NCBI GenBank assembly: GCA_030390025.1
Contig: CM059432.1
Span: 92,072,001 to 92,136,000, forward strand
Length of the DNA: 64,000 nucleotides
Reading direction: 5' to 3'
Source of the DNA: Squalus acanthias
Taxonomy: Eukaryota
Numbering within the stretch: position 1 is the stretch's first letter; each line of letters opens with the position of its first letter. The position numbers and the translations under genes are program-made. Below, one piece after another: positions 52,273-64,000 of this stretch. The notes under the pieces were generated by a model. The model ran no database searches, was not told the DNA's origin, and saw only the letters and a program-made list of their open reading frames with translations.

Positions 52273-52999
52273 GAGGACTAGAAATTCGATGCATTTGCGC
52301 CTCTCATTAGTGTCCCTGGGGGACGCTAACAGGGCGCAAATGACTTTTCGCCCAGGCGCGGCGCCGCTAATGACTCCTGCTAAATTCAGCGGGAGCTTAG
52401 CGGCGGCAGGTAACTGGTAGCGTCCTGCTCTGCTGCGCAAGCTATGATGACATCATCACCGTGCGCAGCGCCCCGTTTTCGCCCCGCCTGCAAAATTGGC
52501 CGCGCGCCCCCTGATTCGGCACTGGGTAATGACAGCGACTGATTCAGGGGGCGGGAACGGAGCAGCAGGAGGCTCGCGGGGCCATATGTAAAGGGGAGGT
52601 GGCGGGCGGGGAATAAAAATCGGCCGACTTACTTGTCGGGACCCGTTGACTCGTTGAACGCGGAGTCCATGCCGCATTCTGGCAGCCCGGCACTCCTCTT
52701 GTGTGCCGGGCTGCTGGCATATCACCCCTCTCCCCGATGGTCCAGATAGGGCCCCGCAGAGTTGTGGGCTTGGGCCCCCCCCTTTAATGAGGGGAAGAGC
52801 TCTTCCATGCGGCAGCGCCACATGGCCCAGTGCGTAGCGCTGCAGAACGCACCGCCCCGATATTCGAGGTTAGCGCTTTAAGAAGAAAGTGGAGCACTTG
52901 AATTAGCGCTCCACCTCCCTCTTGGGGCGCTAAAACTGAATATACCGATCACCAGGTGATGTTAGCGACCCAAAATGGTCGCTAGCGAATGTTTCCCCC
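52273..52999. mobile_element. GC-rich Harbinger-type MITE inserted between ORF1 and ORF2 of the outer CR1
   Basis: Degenerate termini GGACTAGAAATTCG / CGAATGTTTCCCCC with GCGCC/GGCGC-rich subtermini. TSD not resolved. Confidence 0.6.
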
Positions 53000-53119
53000 T
53001 CTGTCTCTTCCTGTCACATTCTGCTTATCTTTACCCAAATAGTTACACTGCTCTATGGTCTTGACTTTTCTCTTTAGATTTATACATTTTCTCTCACCTG
53101 AACCCTCCTCTCCCCCTTT

Positions 53120-54058
53120 TTAGTTTAAAGCCCTATCTACAGTCCTAGTTGTTCGATTTGCCAGGACACTGGTCCCAGCCCGGTTTAAGTGGAGTCCGTC
53201 CCAACGGAACAGCTCCCTCTTTCCCCAGTACTAGTACTAGTGCCCATGAATTGAAACCTCTGTCTCCCACACCACTCCTTGAACCACACATTCAACTCTC
53301 TGATCTGCTTTGACCCTATGCCAATTTGCGCATGGCTCAGGTAGTAATCCAGAGATTATTACCTTTGAGGTTCTGCTTATTAATTTGGACCCTCGCTCCT
53401 CAAACTCCCTCAGCAGAACCTCATTCCTAGTTCTACCTATGTTGTTGATTCCTACGTGGACCACAACAACTGGATCCTCCCCCTCTCACTCCAAGTTCTT
53501 CTCCAGCTGCGAGGAGATATCCTTAACCCTGGCAGGCAACACAGCCTTTGGGACTCTCGGTCGCAGCTGCAGAGAACAGTATCTATCCCCCTGACTATAC
53601 TGTCCCCTACCACTACCGCATTCCTTTTTACTCCCCCTACTTGAATGGCCTCCTGTCCCACAGTGCCCATCCTCCCTCTAGTCTTTGTTTTCATTCATAC
53701 AGGTAGAAAGTGTCTCATACCTGTTGGACAAGGTCAGAGGCTGAAGCTCCTCCATCACTTCATCCTGGGTCCCCATACCTGCCTGACTCGCAGTCACATC
53801 CTCCTGTCTCTGACCACTGACCAAATCTAAACTACCACCTAACCTAAGGGGTGTGACTGCCTCCTGGATCAAAGTGTCCAGATAACTCTCCCCCTCCCTG
53901 ATGCATCGCAATGTCTGCAGCTCAGACTCCAGGTCAACAACTCTGAGCTGAAGTTCCTCGAGCTGCAGACTCTTACTGCAGATGTGGTTGCTCGGGATCT
54001 CACTGGTCTCCACTAACTCCCATATGCTGCAGTTACAACACACCATCTGCCCTGCCAT
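53120..54058 (-). pseudogene. CR1 ORF1 (Cys zinc-finger/coiled coil plus SGNH esterase-like domain), frameshifted
   Basis: MVCCNC...HICSK.LQLEELQLRV, VVVGDSIVRG, VHVGINNIG, VIISGLLP. Confidence 0.8.
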
Positions 54059-54746
54059 CCCTATCTAAACTTGTTTTATATATTTAATTTCTTAAGGTTT
54101 TTATTCACTCGATATTTTTAGTTTTATTAACTAATTATTTTATCTAGCTTAAGTTATTGATTTAACAAAGTAATAGTTATAGTTTCCCAAATCTTAATTT
54201 AAATCACTGCCCTAGCTTAAAGAGCAAAAAAACGGTAATAATCACCAACCGATCACCTACCTGCTGTCCTGTGTCGTAACTCCTTGATTATTTTTTGCTC
54301 TCTTTCTCTCCGCTGCTCCTTTTATCTCCGCCAGTCCCGGTTGCTGGTCCCGCTCTTGCTGCGCTCTCGGGCTTCTGCTCTCGCTCCTTTTATCCCCACT
54401 ACACTCGGTCACTGGTCCCGCTCTCGCTATGCTCTCTCCAATCAGGTTTCTGCCCCTCCCCAGCACCAAATTGATCCTAACCAAATGACATTCTCTGTGA
54501 TTGTGACTGTGACAGTGGTGCATTACCCCCTTAATCCTCCTTGACTTTTGTGCAGCCTTTGATTCCATCCTACTCCAATGCCTCTCCCCCGTTGTTGTGC
54601 TCTAGGGGTCTGCCCCTGCTCTGTCCAATCTTACCTATCCAATCATAGCCAGAGCATCTCCAATAGTGGCTCGACTCAACCCCCTCCAAAGTCACTTCCA
54701 GTGTCCCCAGAATCCATTCTTGGTCCCCTCTTCTTCGTCATCATTA

Positions 54747-54960
54747 CAGAAAGAGAGAAGAACTTGCATTTATAAAGTGCTTTCACATCTCAAAGCATTT
54801 TACAGCCAATGATGTACTTTTGAAGTTCAGTAACTGTTGTAACATAGGAAAAACAGCAGCTAATTTGTACACAGCAAGATCCCAGAAACTGTACTGAGAT
54901 AATGACCAGATAATCTATTTTAGTGATATTGGTTAAGGAATAAATATTGGACTGCTCTTC
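54747..54960 (-). mobile_element. Deu-domain SINE, 3' fragment
   Basis: Reverse-complement homolog of 36160-36350. Confidence 0.75.
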
Positions 54961-54980
54961 TTATTTTATTTTATTTTATT

Positions 54981-55795
54981 AGGGAATTTTAACCCTAAAA
55001 AACAGGTGGGTTGAGGTCGGGTGGGAGGTTAAAGTAATAAAAATGTGAATCTCAACCCCAACCCACCTCCAACCTGCACACTTCTGGGTTTAATGGAGGC
55101 GAGACGAGGGCGGGCAGCCAACCCGCTCCCAGGAGGCGGGATGGCACTTTAAATACTATAAAGAGGCTGGAAGCTTCTGATTTAACTTGCTGTGCAGGTT
55201 TAACTATGGCCGGCCGGTGATCCCAGGCGCGATTTCCCGTCAGTGCAGCAAGACAGGAACAGTCTCGGGGAGCAATCCCCAAGCTCCCCCACCATTAGCC
55301 CTCCCTATACAACTACCCCCCAGGGTCGGATTCGGATTCCCCGGGGGATCGGAAACCCCCCCCGGGTCAGGGAACAAAGCCCCCCGCGCCCCCCCCACCA
55401 AGGACTGGACCACCACTGGGGTAGGGGATCGGACCCCCTCCCCGGGATTGGACCCCCTGGGATCAGACGCCACTTCCGGGGTTGAGGAACAGACCCCCCT
55501 CCCCCAAGTTTTGAACCACCGCTGGGCTAGGGGATCAGAACCCCTCCCCGGGATTGGAGCCCCCGGGATCGGACGCCCCCTCCGGGATCGAGGCTCGCAC
55601 CTACCTGTGCTTGCGGCTTCCTGTCCAGTGTTTCCTGCTTGGCGGGAAGCCAGCCTGTCAATCAGGCTGACTTCCAGCAGGAATCTGTCCTTGACATCAC
55701 ACGCACGCTGTGTGCAGAAAAACATGGACTTCCGGGTTTCCCGTGCTCTACCAGACCCCCCGCCCTGGGCAGGTGAAAATCTTAAAATTCCAGCC
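54981..55795. mobile_element. GC-rich Harbinger-type MITE with internal GGGATCGGACCCC-like repeats
   Basis: Termini GGAATTTTAA / TTAAAATTCCAGCC. Degenerate GGGATCGG(A)CCCC units at 55345-55590. The L2 fossil resumes immediately after it. Confidence 0.55.
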
Positions 55796-55999
55796 ATGGT
55801 CCGTTTCCACGTGTATGCCGATAATACCTAGCTCTCCCTCTCCACCAACTCGCTTGAGAACTCCTCTGTGTTGTAAGACTGCTTATCCGACGTCTTGGAT
55901 GAGCCGCATCTTCCTCCAGATAAACATTGGGAAAACTGAAGTCATTGTCTTTGGACCCTGCCACCTCACCTTTAATCATCGCCCCCGAAGCGGCCGAAG

Positions 56000-56310
56000 T
56001 CTAGAACGAGGGGGCATAGACTCAGGATAAGGGGTCGGCCATTTAAGACTGAGATGAGGAGGAATTTCTTCACTCAGAGTGTTGTGAATCTTTGGAATTC
56101 TCTGCCCCAAAGGGCTGTGGATGCTCAGTCATTGAGTATATTCAAGGCTGAGATAGATAAGATTTTTGGACTCTAGAGGAATCAAGGGATATGGAGATAA
56201 GGCAGGAAATTGAAGTTGAGGTCGACGATTAGGTGTGATCTTATCGAATGGTGGAGCAGGCTCGAGGAGCCATATGGCCTACTCCTGCTCCTAATTCTTA
56301 TGTTCTTATG
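56000..56310 (+). mobile_element. CR1 3' fragment
   Basis: RTRGHRLRIRGRPFKTEMRRNFFTQ...WNSLPQ followed by the TTCTTATG tail. Confidence 0.85.
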
Positions 56311-57456
56311 AACCAGACTGTTTGCATCCTTGGCATTGTGTTCAACCCTGAGCTGGGCTTCCAAGCCTATATAGTTTCCAACACAAAGATCACCTAATTC
56401 CAACTCCATAAAGTCCATAATATCACCCACCCAAGTGCCTTCATCAGCCCATTCACTACTGAAACCCACATACATACTTTTATCACCTCCCGACTCAATT
56501 ACTCCAATGCTCCTCTGGTCAGCCTTCCATCAGCCAACCTTCCATCCACCACCCTCTCTGTAATTATAGCTCATCCAAAAATCTGTCGCTCATATCCTAT
56601 CTGGTAATTTTGACACGTGACCAGCAGAAGCCCAAGGGTATTGCCATAAATGCCTTAAAACGGCCACCTATGCTCACCCAGAGAATCCTGCAGAATTTCA
56701 CAATGCATGCTTAGAAAAGAATCAACAGCACAGAATAGGGCCAATTGGCCCATTGTGCCTGTTCCATCTCTTTGAAAGAGCTATCCAATGAATCCTATTT
56801 GCCAGCTCCTTCCCCATAGACCTGCCACAAACCGTTGCTAATTGTTTGGAAAAGGGGAATATTTAAAGATATGAGGAATGAGAAGAAGAGTGGGATTAGA
56901 GTAGGAAAATATTCTAACCCAAACCAAGCACAATATAAGCCTCAATCCACTGAAATAAACAATCAATAGTATTGAAATCCATGTTGACCATTGCGCAGTT
57001 AATGCATAACAAAAGGCTAACCATTCAATCAGAAAGCATTTTATTCAATAATTAATTGACAATTAAATGAAGCTAACTCAAATTATGAAAGTATCAGCAG
57101 CAAGTATCTACAGTATCAAAAACAACAGTGAATGCTTAGCCTGTATCATTTATATATGGCAACATATTCACCCTAATCTTTTCACTACAGAAATAACAAC
57201 AGTAGGATAATGCAAGCCAAATGGAAAACCCAGGATTAAAAGTGACATCCTCTTCAACAATTCACACATTGCAGAAGACATAAGTGCCAAAGCGTGCCCT
57301 CAGATATTAAACACACCAGTCAGAAAAGAAACAAAGAGCGCTCCACCTGATCAGTGCCGGCGAAAATTACAGCTGCAACATTAAAAATTCCATGTTTCAA
57401 GCTATAATGCATTTTTGTTTAAATTTGTGAAGATACATTTTGAAGATAAAATTGAT

Positions 57457-57675
57457 GATAGAAACATAGAAACATAGAAACATAGAAGCTAGGAGCAGGA
57501 GTAGGCCATTCGGCCCGTCGAGCCTGCTCCACCATTCAATACGATCATGGCTGATCATCCAAATCCAGTACCCTGTCCCTGCTTTCTCACACAGAATCCC
57601 CATCGAGCCTGCACCGACACATATCCCACCCTATCCCCGTAACCCCACGTATTTAATTCCCCCTAACATATCCCA
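57457..57675 (-). mobile_element. CR1 3' tail fragment plus an adjacent SINE-like fragment
   Basis: (ATAGAAAC)n and 3'UTR nearly identical to 39422-39545. 57595-57670 resembles a V-SINE 3' region. Confidence 0.7.
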
Positions 57676-59296
57676 TGATATCTCCTGGAAGTTGCAATAT
57701 TCAACGTTTTCAAGTTATATTACTTCTGAACATTGTAACCAGTTGCAATTATTATTTGAAAAAACTATACAAACTTGATTGCTATTTGATACTGTGCCAT
57801 AGTCTGCATTCCAGTCAAGGTAATTCCACAGTAAACTCCCCACCTGCCATGTCACTTCACTACAATACACAAGTATGTGATGCAGCATCCACAGTCTTCC
57901 TGTGACATTTCATTGAAATTTCTCATTAGTTTTGCTAATGCTACTGCTTATTGCAAATGGAAACTGAAATTTTAAAATAATAAAATTAAGGCAATGTCTT
58001 GTACTTGGCATAATACTGCTGATCAGCTTAACAGTTTAATTCCCCAAGAGATCAGAATATAAATTATCTTCAATTTTATTTCGAACCAATGGATTAGCAA
58101 ACAGAATATTAGATATTCTTAAGTAGGGCTTTAAGACACCTTAGGGGCAGCAACTAATGTCTGCATTCCATTTATATGACTGAACAATGAAAAGCTGAGA
58201 GATTGCTGTCATAATACACCAGCCTGTGTTTGTAATTCAAGGGACAGAAGCACATAAAAATTAATGGCTGGAAGAAAATGGACAACTGTAAATCCAGAGT
58301 TTACTGATTAGAATGGAGACAGAACACAGCTCCAATGTTGCACTGCACAACTTTACACAGGTCGCTTACCCAGGCCATGTTAGTCTAACATTGTTTGCCC
58401 TGTTGTTAGCAACACCACAACCTTGAGTATAAATGGTATTATTGTGCAAAGATATTTGTGTTCCCAGCAATAACCTATACGTAACTCTTGGTTCAAATAA
58501 CAGAAATTACCACCATAGTTTCAAATATTTGCACTTGATTGTTGAATTTGACTCCCATTTATTGTAAGCATCAGGCTTTTTCATTGCATTTCCCACTATT
58601 ACTAAATAACTAAAATTTAGACAAACAGCATGCACTCTTCTGAAGCACATCATTGTTTTTATATATACATCTAAGGCATGGGACGGGGGAAGAAGAGCAG
58701 TTCACATAAAAGCTAGACATTCTTAGTTCTCAGCGCACCGTGAGTGTGAACTGGAAAATTTCCGTCAGCACAGCTGCGATTTTCCAATCTGCACACTCGG
58801 GCAGGTGTTAGTTTTATAAAATGCCTGCCAAACTATCTATAAACAAAGAAAACACAGTTTAATCAACTGTGGGTGTGTTTTCAAGGGATGTCCCTGGACC
58901 ACATCCTCCAAAGGCATCTTCAAGGTTTTACGAAGGGCAGAAATCTTAAAATACAAATTTACAAGATTGAAACTAATTGCAGAAGCATATTTCAGAGCTA
59001 ATATTTTACTGTCAAAGTTAAAGTTACCTTCTCTTTTAAATGGATTAGACCTAATGTGAAGTGAAATAGTGCTGAGCTATTTACATTTATATTTATATTG
59101 TGTAATTTGAGACAACAGCAGGAAATGCAGTCTGTCAATACACTGCCAACAAGCACTAAAGCCCAGGTTTTAACTTCCAGTGGGAGTCATGCGGGTGGGG
59201 GCTGAGGTGGATGGGAAAATGCACGACTCTCCGCAGCATGAGGCTCAGGAGATTTTAACTCCCAGGCCTTATCTGCATGGGCCCTGTCCAATGGGC

Positions 59297-59656
59297 GGGT
59301 TGCCAACTCTGGTTGGACGTATTCCAGGATGTCTCATCATTTGACCTCTCATCTCCAACCACCCTGCATCCACAGGCCTGCCATTGGTTGCCTGATACGT
59401 CCATCCTCTCAGCGCACCGCCTTCCCACACCAATTGGAAAATGAACAAACTCCTCGTTACCCAATCGGCTGAATCTTGACTGTTAGTCAAACAGTCGTTT
59501 TTCACATCTCTAATATTTTTAGAACTCATAAACAAACTTGTTCAAAGAAAATGAAAAAAACCCACATTTTCTTCAATGCCCCTATGATTTTTCTCCTGGG
59601 TTCCTCGCAGCAGTGTCCTGAAGATTAATTTTTAATTCCTAGAGGATTGGCAACCC
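59297..59656. mobile_element. Non-autonomous DNA element with GGGTTGCCAA termini
   Basis: Perfect 10-bp inverted termini GGGTTGCCAA / TTGGCAACCC, flanked by an imperfect direct repeat. Confidence 0.6.
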
Positions 59657-60721
59657 TGTCCGATGAGCGGGAGCGGGATTTTGGGTGGTAGAAAGGAGGC
59701 ATCATTGTCGGATCTGGGGGAGAGAGACCTGAGACAGGGGAGGCCCAAGGTTTTCTAGTTGGGCCCATGGGAGCACTCCTCTTTGGTTAGGTGGTCAAAA
59801 GGTTTTCTGTTGGTCTGTACAAATTATACAGATTTGAATCAAATTAGAAACCATTGCCCACCTCAAACCTAATTATTGCAGAAAAATAAATTTATTCTTT
59901 GCAACAGATACATTTTTCAACCCAAAAAGCTTACTTTGACTGAAATTGCTTCAAAGGAATATGCTGAAAGGATTTTGTTTTCCAATATTGTTACTTGATC
60001 CCAAAATTATTGACATATGGAATTAAATTGCTGTAACAGAATATTTCTCGGGGTGTATTGATTTTTAGTGCAGGGAGACCATAAATACTATGCATATTTC
60101 TTCATAATTCCTCCTTTACACTTCTGCACTCACTAATTGATACTCTGACACAGTAACCACATGTGGGATGTGTTTCAATACTCTCAGTTTGGTCACTAAT
60201 AAAGAACAAAGACACCTGAATAGTAAGGACTTGAATTGTGCTTCAGTCCCTCTGTTTTCCTCGCTGGAAGTTTCTGGAGATAGAAAAGAGGTAAAAGAAT
60301 AGGACAGAAGTGATAGAAACAGTGATGTAGTAAACAACTATCAAAAAATTAATTGCATATTTTCCTTGATTTTCCTTGACATCGGAAGTGGAGCAGGGCA
60401 GTGCTTGTGGTTACTGATCCATGCCCTCTAGATCCCATCCCATTTTCCTCAGGCAGGATTAATTATGCATTCAGGGTAAGCTCCCGCTTTAATTGTGCTC
60501 CTAATTGGGAGTCTGCCTCTGAGGGAAATCCAAGTGCTGCTGCAGAGCTTAATTTGCTACAACTGTTCACAGGAGTAGGCCAATAATGGGGCAAAATTGA
60601 ACAGTCTCCCTTGGTGCTGCAAAAAATCATGGTACACAGGGGCAGAAAGCAGAAGAAGAGCCCAGGCAAAAATGACTTTTTAAAAGTCTTTCACGATGCC
60701 TGGCTCCCACTCGGAGACTAT

Positions 60722-61567
60722 GGGCTGGATTTTGAAACTGGGGTCGGGAATCCCACATTTTGGCTTGTAAACCCGCCTCCATCGAGATGTGGCCAACCCA
60801 CTGTATTTTCCCTTGATTGACCTTGTTGAGCCCGCCCAGTGGGCTCAGCAGGCCAATTAAGGGCCACCTGGCAACAGGTGACGTCACAGATTGACATTTC
60901 ATCTGTCAAGAGCTTTTGACAGATGAAATATCAGCGTTTGACAGCTCTGTGAAGCTGTCAAACACTCACAATATGATTTCTAACTTCAGTCCTTCCTCTC
61001 AGGCTGAGTTAGAAATCATTCCACCACAGAAAACAGAAGGCTGCAGTTTTTGACAGAACCACGGCTTTCCTGCTTTCTGTGCCGGTGAGATTTCTAACTC
61101 CCGAGAACTGAAGGGCTGACACCTGCAGGAGGAAGTTAAGGTAAGTAAAACTTTTTCCAACACTTAGCACTTACCTTACACACTTACCTCTGCACACATG
61201 CACCCATCACTCACCTGCCCACTGGACATATCGACCCCTCCAACCCCTGCAGACCCACGGCCCGCCCCGATAACTTGGCGTGGTTGCCACCTGTCGGGAA
61301 GCCCACACTTTTCTTTTTAAAATAGGGATTTTGCAAAAATCTGCCTGTTAACTACCTGTTAACAGGCAGTTAATTGTCACTAATCCCTTCCCGCCTCGGG
61401 GAGTCGGGATCTCAGCACAGGTTGGGTACCCGTCACCAGAGAAACTGGCATGGAGGCGGGTTGGAGGCGGGATGAGGTCAGGACCCCCGAATCTGCAACT
61501 TTAACCCCCCCCCCGCCTCCAAACCCGACTCCAAACCCGACTCCACGGGTCATTGAAAATCCAGCCC
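60722..61567. mobile_element. Harbinger-type MITE with internal hairpins
   Basis: TIRs GGGCTGGATTTT / AAAATCCAGCCC. TSD TAT at 60719-60721 and 61568-61570. Confidence 0.85.
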
Positions 61568-62136
61568 TATGAGCGCATCTTTGTCCTCCCCATGAAGGTG
61601 TGGAGAACATTCAGGTGGCCATCTTGAGTGGCGGAGAGTCATTGGGAGTGCTCCCTGCCCCATTTTCTTCTATTATTCACTCCGGTACCACCAGAAAACA
61701 AGCAATGTTCAGGAGCATAGTCCAGGCCTAAAACTGCTGTGGTGAGCATGCGATGGTCTTTAAATGTCTCACATTTTCTAATTAGCTCATATAACCTGTG
61801 ATTTAGTCAAATATAGACAGATAGAAAAAGCTCATTGCTGCCATATTGCTTTCTTATCCTACCCTACTATATACCCCTACAAATAACATTTGTAATAAAT
61901 AAATACAAAATTCAATAATTCTGTAAAACAACTACAAAACTTGCCAATAAAGTTTCTCATTGCATCTGGCAGGCACCCAAGGTGAGTCCATAGTAATGTG
62001 GGGGACCTGTCCGAATGATTAAAATTAGAGAACCATGGATACTCCAACAGAGTCAATGTCAAAGGTCCCTGCATGCCAATGGTGGCACTTACGATGAGAT
62101 CAAAGGCCCCGCAGATTTTTGATCTTAAGAGACTGA

Positions 62137-64000
62137 GGGGGAGAAATTCAGTATCGCCCCGTTTGGGGCGCAATTATCGGCCGGGTACAAAGTTTAGCGC
62201 CTGGCGCTACTTATCGCCTCCGACTGCAAACTTGGCTTTTATCGCCCCTGGAGGTGATTGGAGCGCTAAATCAGGTGCTACACACCTCTTTTAAGGCGCG
62301 AAGGCCGAGGAGCGAGGCGCTACCTCAGAGCACGGGCGCAGCGCAGGTGATGTCAGTTAGCAATGGAACACAGACACACTGGCGCTGGCCAGTTCTTAAA
62401 GGGGAGGGTCGATCTTGCTCTTCAGCCACACCCTGCTCATTGCAGGCTTGAATCTCGTCGTGGACAGACCTGTGCCTAAAATTTCCAGCCAAGGACTATG
62501 GAGAGAGTCAGGGAGCGAGCTCAGCGCTTCAGCGACCGGGCCTTGGAGGCTCTGGTTGGCGCGGTGGAGTGCAGAAGATCTATACTGTACCCTGAGAGTG
62601 GCAGGAGGCCATTGCCGCACGACTACAGAAGAGTGTGGAGGGAGGTGGCTCAGCACGTCTCCTCCAGGAGCATGGTGACCAGGACCCATATACAATGTCG
62701 CAAAAAGTTCAACGACCTCACTCGGGTCGTCAGGGTGAGTGACTGTTTTTCAATACCTCTCCATCCCTCCATCTCAACCTCACTCTATGGCCAGAGGGTC
62801 TTAAAACCCCAATGCCCAACACTCATCCAAGACCTATGGCCATTTCATAAAACACACACGCACATTCCACACCTTACATACATTAAGGGCTATTCAACTA
62901 TGGGAGGCACATCAGGCAAGACCATGGCTACATATTTACTCAGACGCCGTCCTTTTTCTTGCAGGCCAAGCTATCTCATAACAGGAGACAGCAGCAACAG
63001 ACGGGTGGAGGGCCACCTCAGCTGCAACCCCTCAGCGATCTTGAGGTGCACGTCCACAGGATTGTGGCAAGCCAGGTGATCGGTCCCGTCGCCCCTGGTG
63101 AGGTCGACCCCGTTCAGGACAGCAATGGTAAGGTCATCAGCTTTCTCTCCTCTCTCATTCCCTTTGTCCCTCACAACACCAGCCTTTTACACTTTCAATC
63201 CAACTTACTAAATCGCTCCACTCCTTCCTCCCTTACTGCCCCCCTGTCCTCACGCTAAAGCCACTCTTGTACCTCCCTGCTTTCAGATGGTGATTCACCA
63301 GCTGAGGAGACGGGCCCTCAAGCTGCCAGTGGGAGCGAAGCCGCAGGCGAGGAGGAAGAGGAAGCCGGAGCCTCAGCGCCACCCTCTCCCGAGGAAGCCT
63401 ATGCCCACACTGGGACCACGTCTTCCCTGGAGGGGAGCAGGGGGGAAGGGTCTGATGAGGGTGAAGCTCCGGGACCCAGCAAGCTGCAGCAACGCGATGG
63501 GGGTAGGGAAGCTCGGGGGCCTTCTCCCCGGAGGGAGAGTAGGCCAGCGAGTCCTGCTGCACTGGACGCAGAGGAGGAGCGGCTCATCGCTGAAATAAAC
63601 ACCCAGGCAGTGGACATGCACACTCAGCTCATGGGTGCAGTGGGAAGGGTGCCCGAAAGCATTGATGGACTGGCAAGGAGTGTGGAGCACTCCGCTGCAG
63701 CACAGGTGGACGCCACACAAATGCTTAATGCTGCAATTCAATCCTGGCTGCCGTGATCCAATCTCAGACTGCTCTCATGCAGACTCAGATTGAGGCCACG
63801 CAAGCACTGACTGCTGCCATCGTTGCTGGTTCGGACACATTTCCCCGGGGCTCTCATGGCGCCGCAGCAGGCCAGCAATCTGTGCTCCAGCAGATTGCTC
63901 CGGATGCTGAGGTGCTGCCCCGTGGGAGTGCCTGTGTGTCGGTCGAGCAGGGAGGTGCTGTCCTCTCTCAAGATGACAGCATTCCTGCTGCCACCACTGT
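62137..64000 (+). mobile_element. Left part of a sister copy of the 29411 Harbinger (runs off the window)
   Basis: TIR GGGGGAGAAATTCAGT. Colinear with 29411-31420. Confidence 0.92.
62498..64000 (+). pseudogene. Harbinger Myb/SANT gene, exons 62498-62734, 62965-63127, 63287 onward; 1-nt deletion near 63743 gives TGA at 63754
   Basis: MERVRERAQRFSDRALEALV...QCRKKFNDL with the same splice sites as 29768-31677. CAATCCTGG here versus CAGTCACTGG in the intact copy. Confidence 0.8.

Larger units (their letters stand above)
37063..54430 (-). mobile_element. Near-full-length CR1 LINE (5'UTR, ORF1, EN-RT ORF2, tail) split by five insertions
   Basis: Colinear minus-strand segments: ~53000-54430 (ORF1/5'UTR), 51404-52272 (EN: FYLNA, MGDFN, SDHN), 50201-50398, 47086-47220, 44357-45193 (RT: FADDTK), 37063-37915 (C-terminus and TTCTTATG tail). 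Confidence 0.85.
36600..56600 (+). mobile_element. Ancient L2-type LINE RT fossil in pieces (~36600-37062, 54431-54745, 55796-55975, 56311-56600); outermost layer of the nest
   Basis: Colinear RT motifs: PFLYKVLEHVV (36985-37020), QSGF (54439), LDFCAAFD (54540), VP..SILGPLFF (54702-54736), FHVYADNT (55804-55828). Confidence 0.65.

Noticed and set aside
55340..55590. CRISPR-like spaced repeats
   Set aside because: Units are degenerate and irregularly spaced, inside a eukaryotic MITE, with no cas genes.
55187..55831. 214-aa and 185-aa Pro/Gly-rich ORFs
   Set aside because: They arise from the GC-rich repetitive interior of a MITE, with read-through into the L2 fossil.

Overview
Repeat-dominated vertebrate DNA, intergenic or deep intronic. 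It is most likely from a cartilaginous fish, inferred from the repeat types. I found no credible host protein-coding exon. The window holds four two-gene PIF/Harbinger transposon copies, each pairing an HARBI1-type DDE transposase with a 3-exon Myb/SANT gene; the two genes are convergent wherever both are visible. The copy at 29411-33646 looks fully intact: TIRs, TTG TSD, a 386-aa transposase and a 488-aa spliced Myb protein. A sister copy starts at 62137 and runs off the window, and an 893-bp deletion derivative lies at 48792-49684. There are many Harbinger-type MITEs, and two fold-back Penelope-like elements with 12-14 bp TSDs that carry minimal hammerhead-ribozyme motifs. A ~20-kb nest contains an L2 fossil holding a near-full-length CR1 (esterase ORF1), which in turn holds a Harbinger, other LINEs and MITEs. 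Deu-domain and other tRNA-derived SINEs are scattered throughout. All calls come from reading the sequence by eye; no searches were run.
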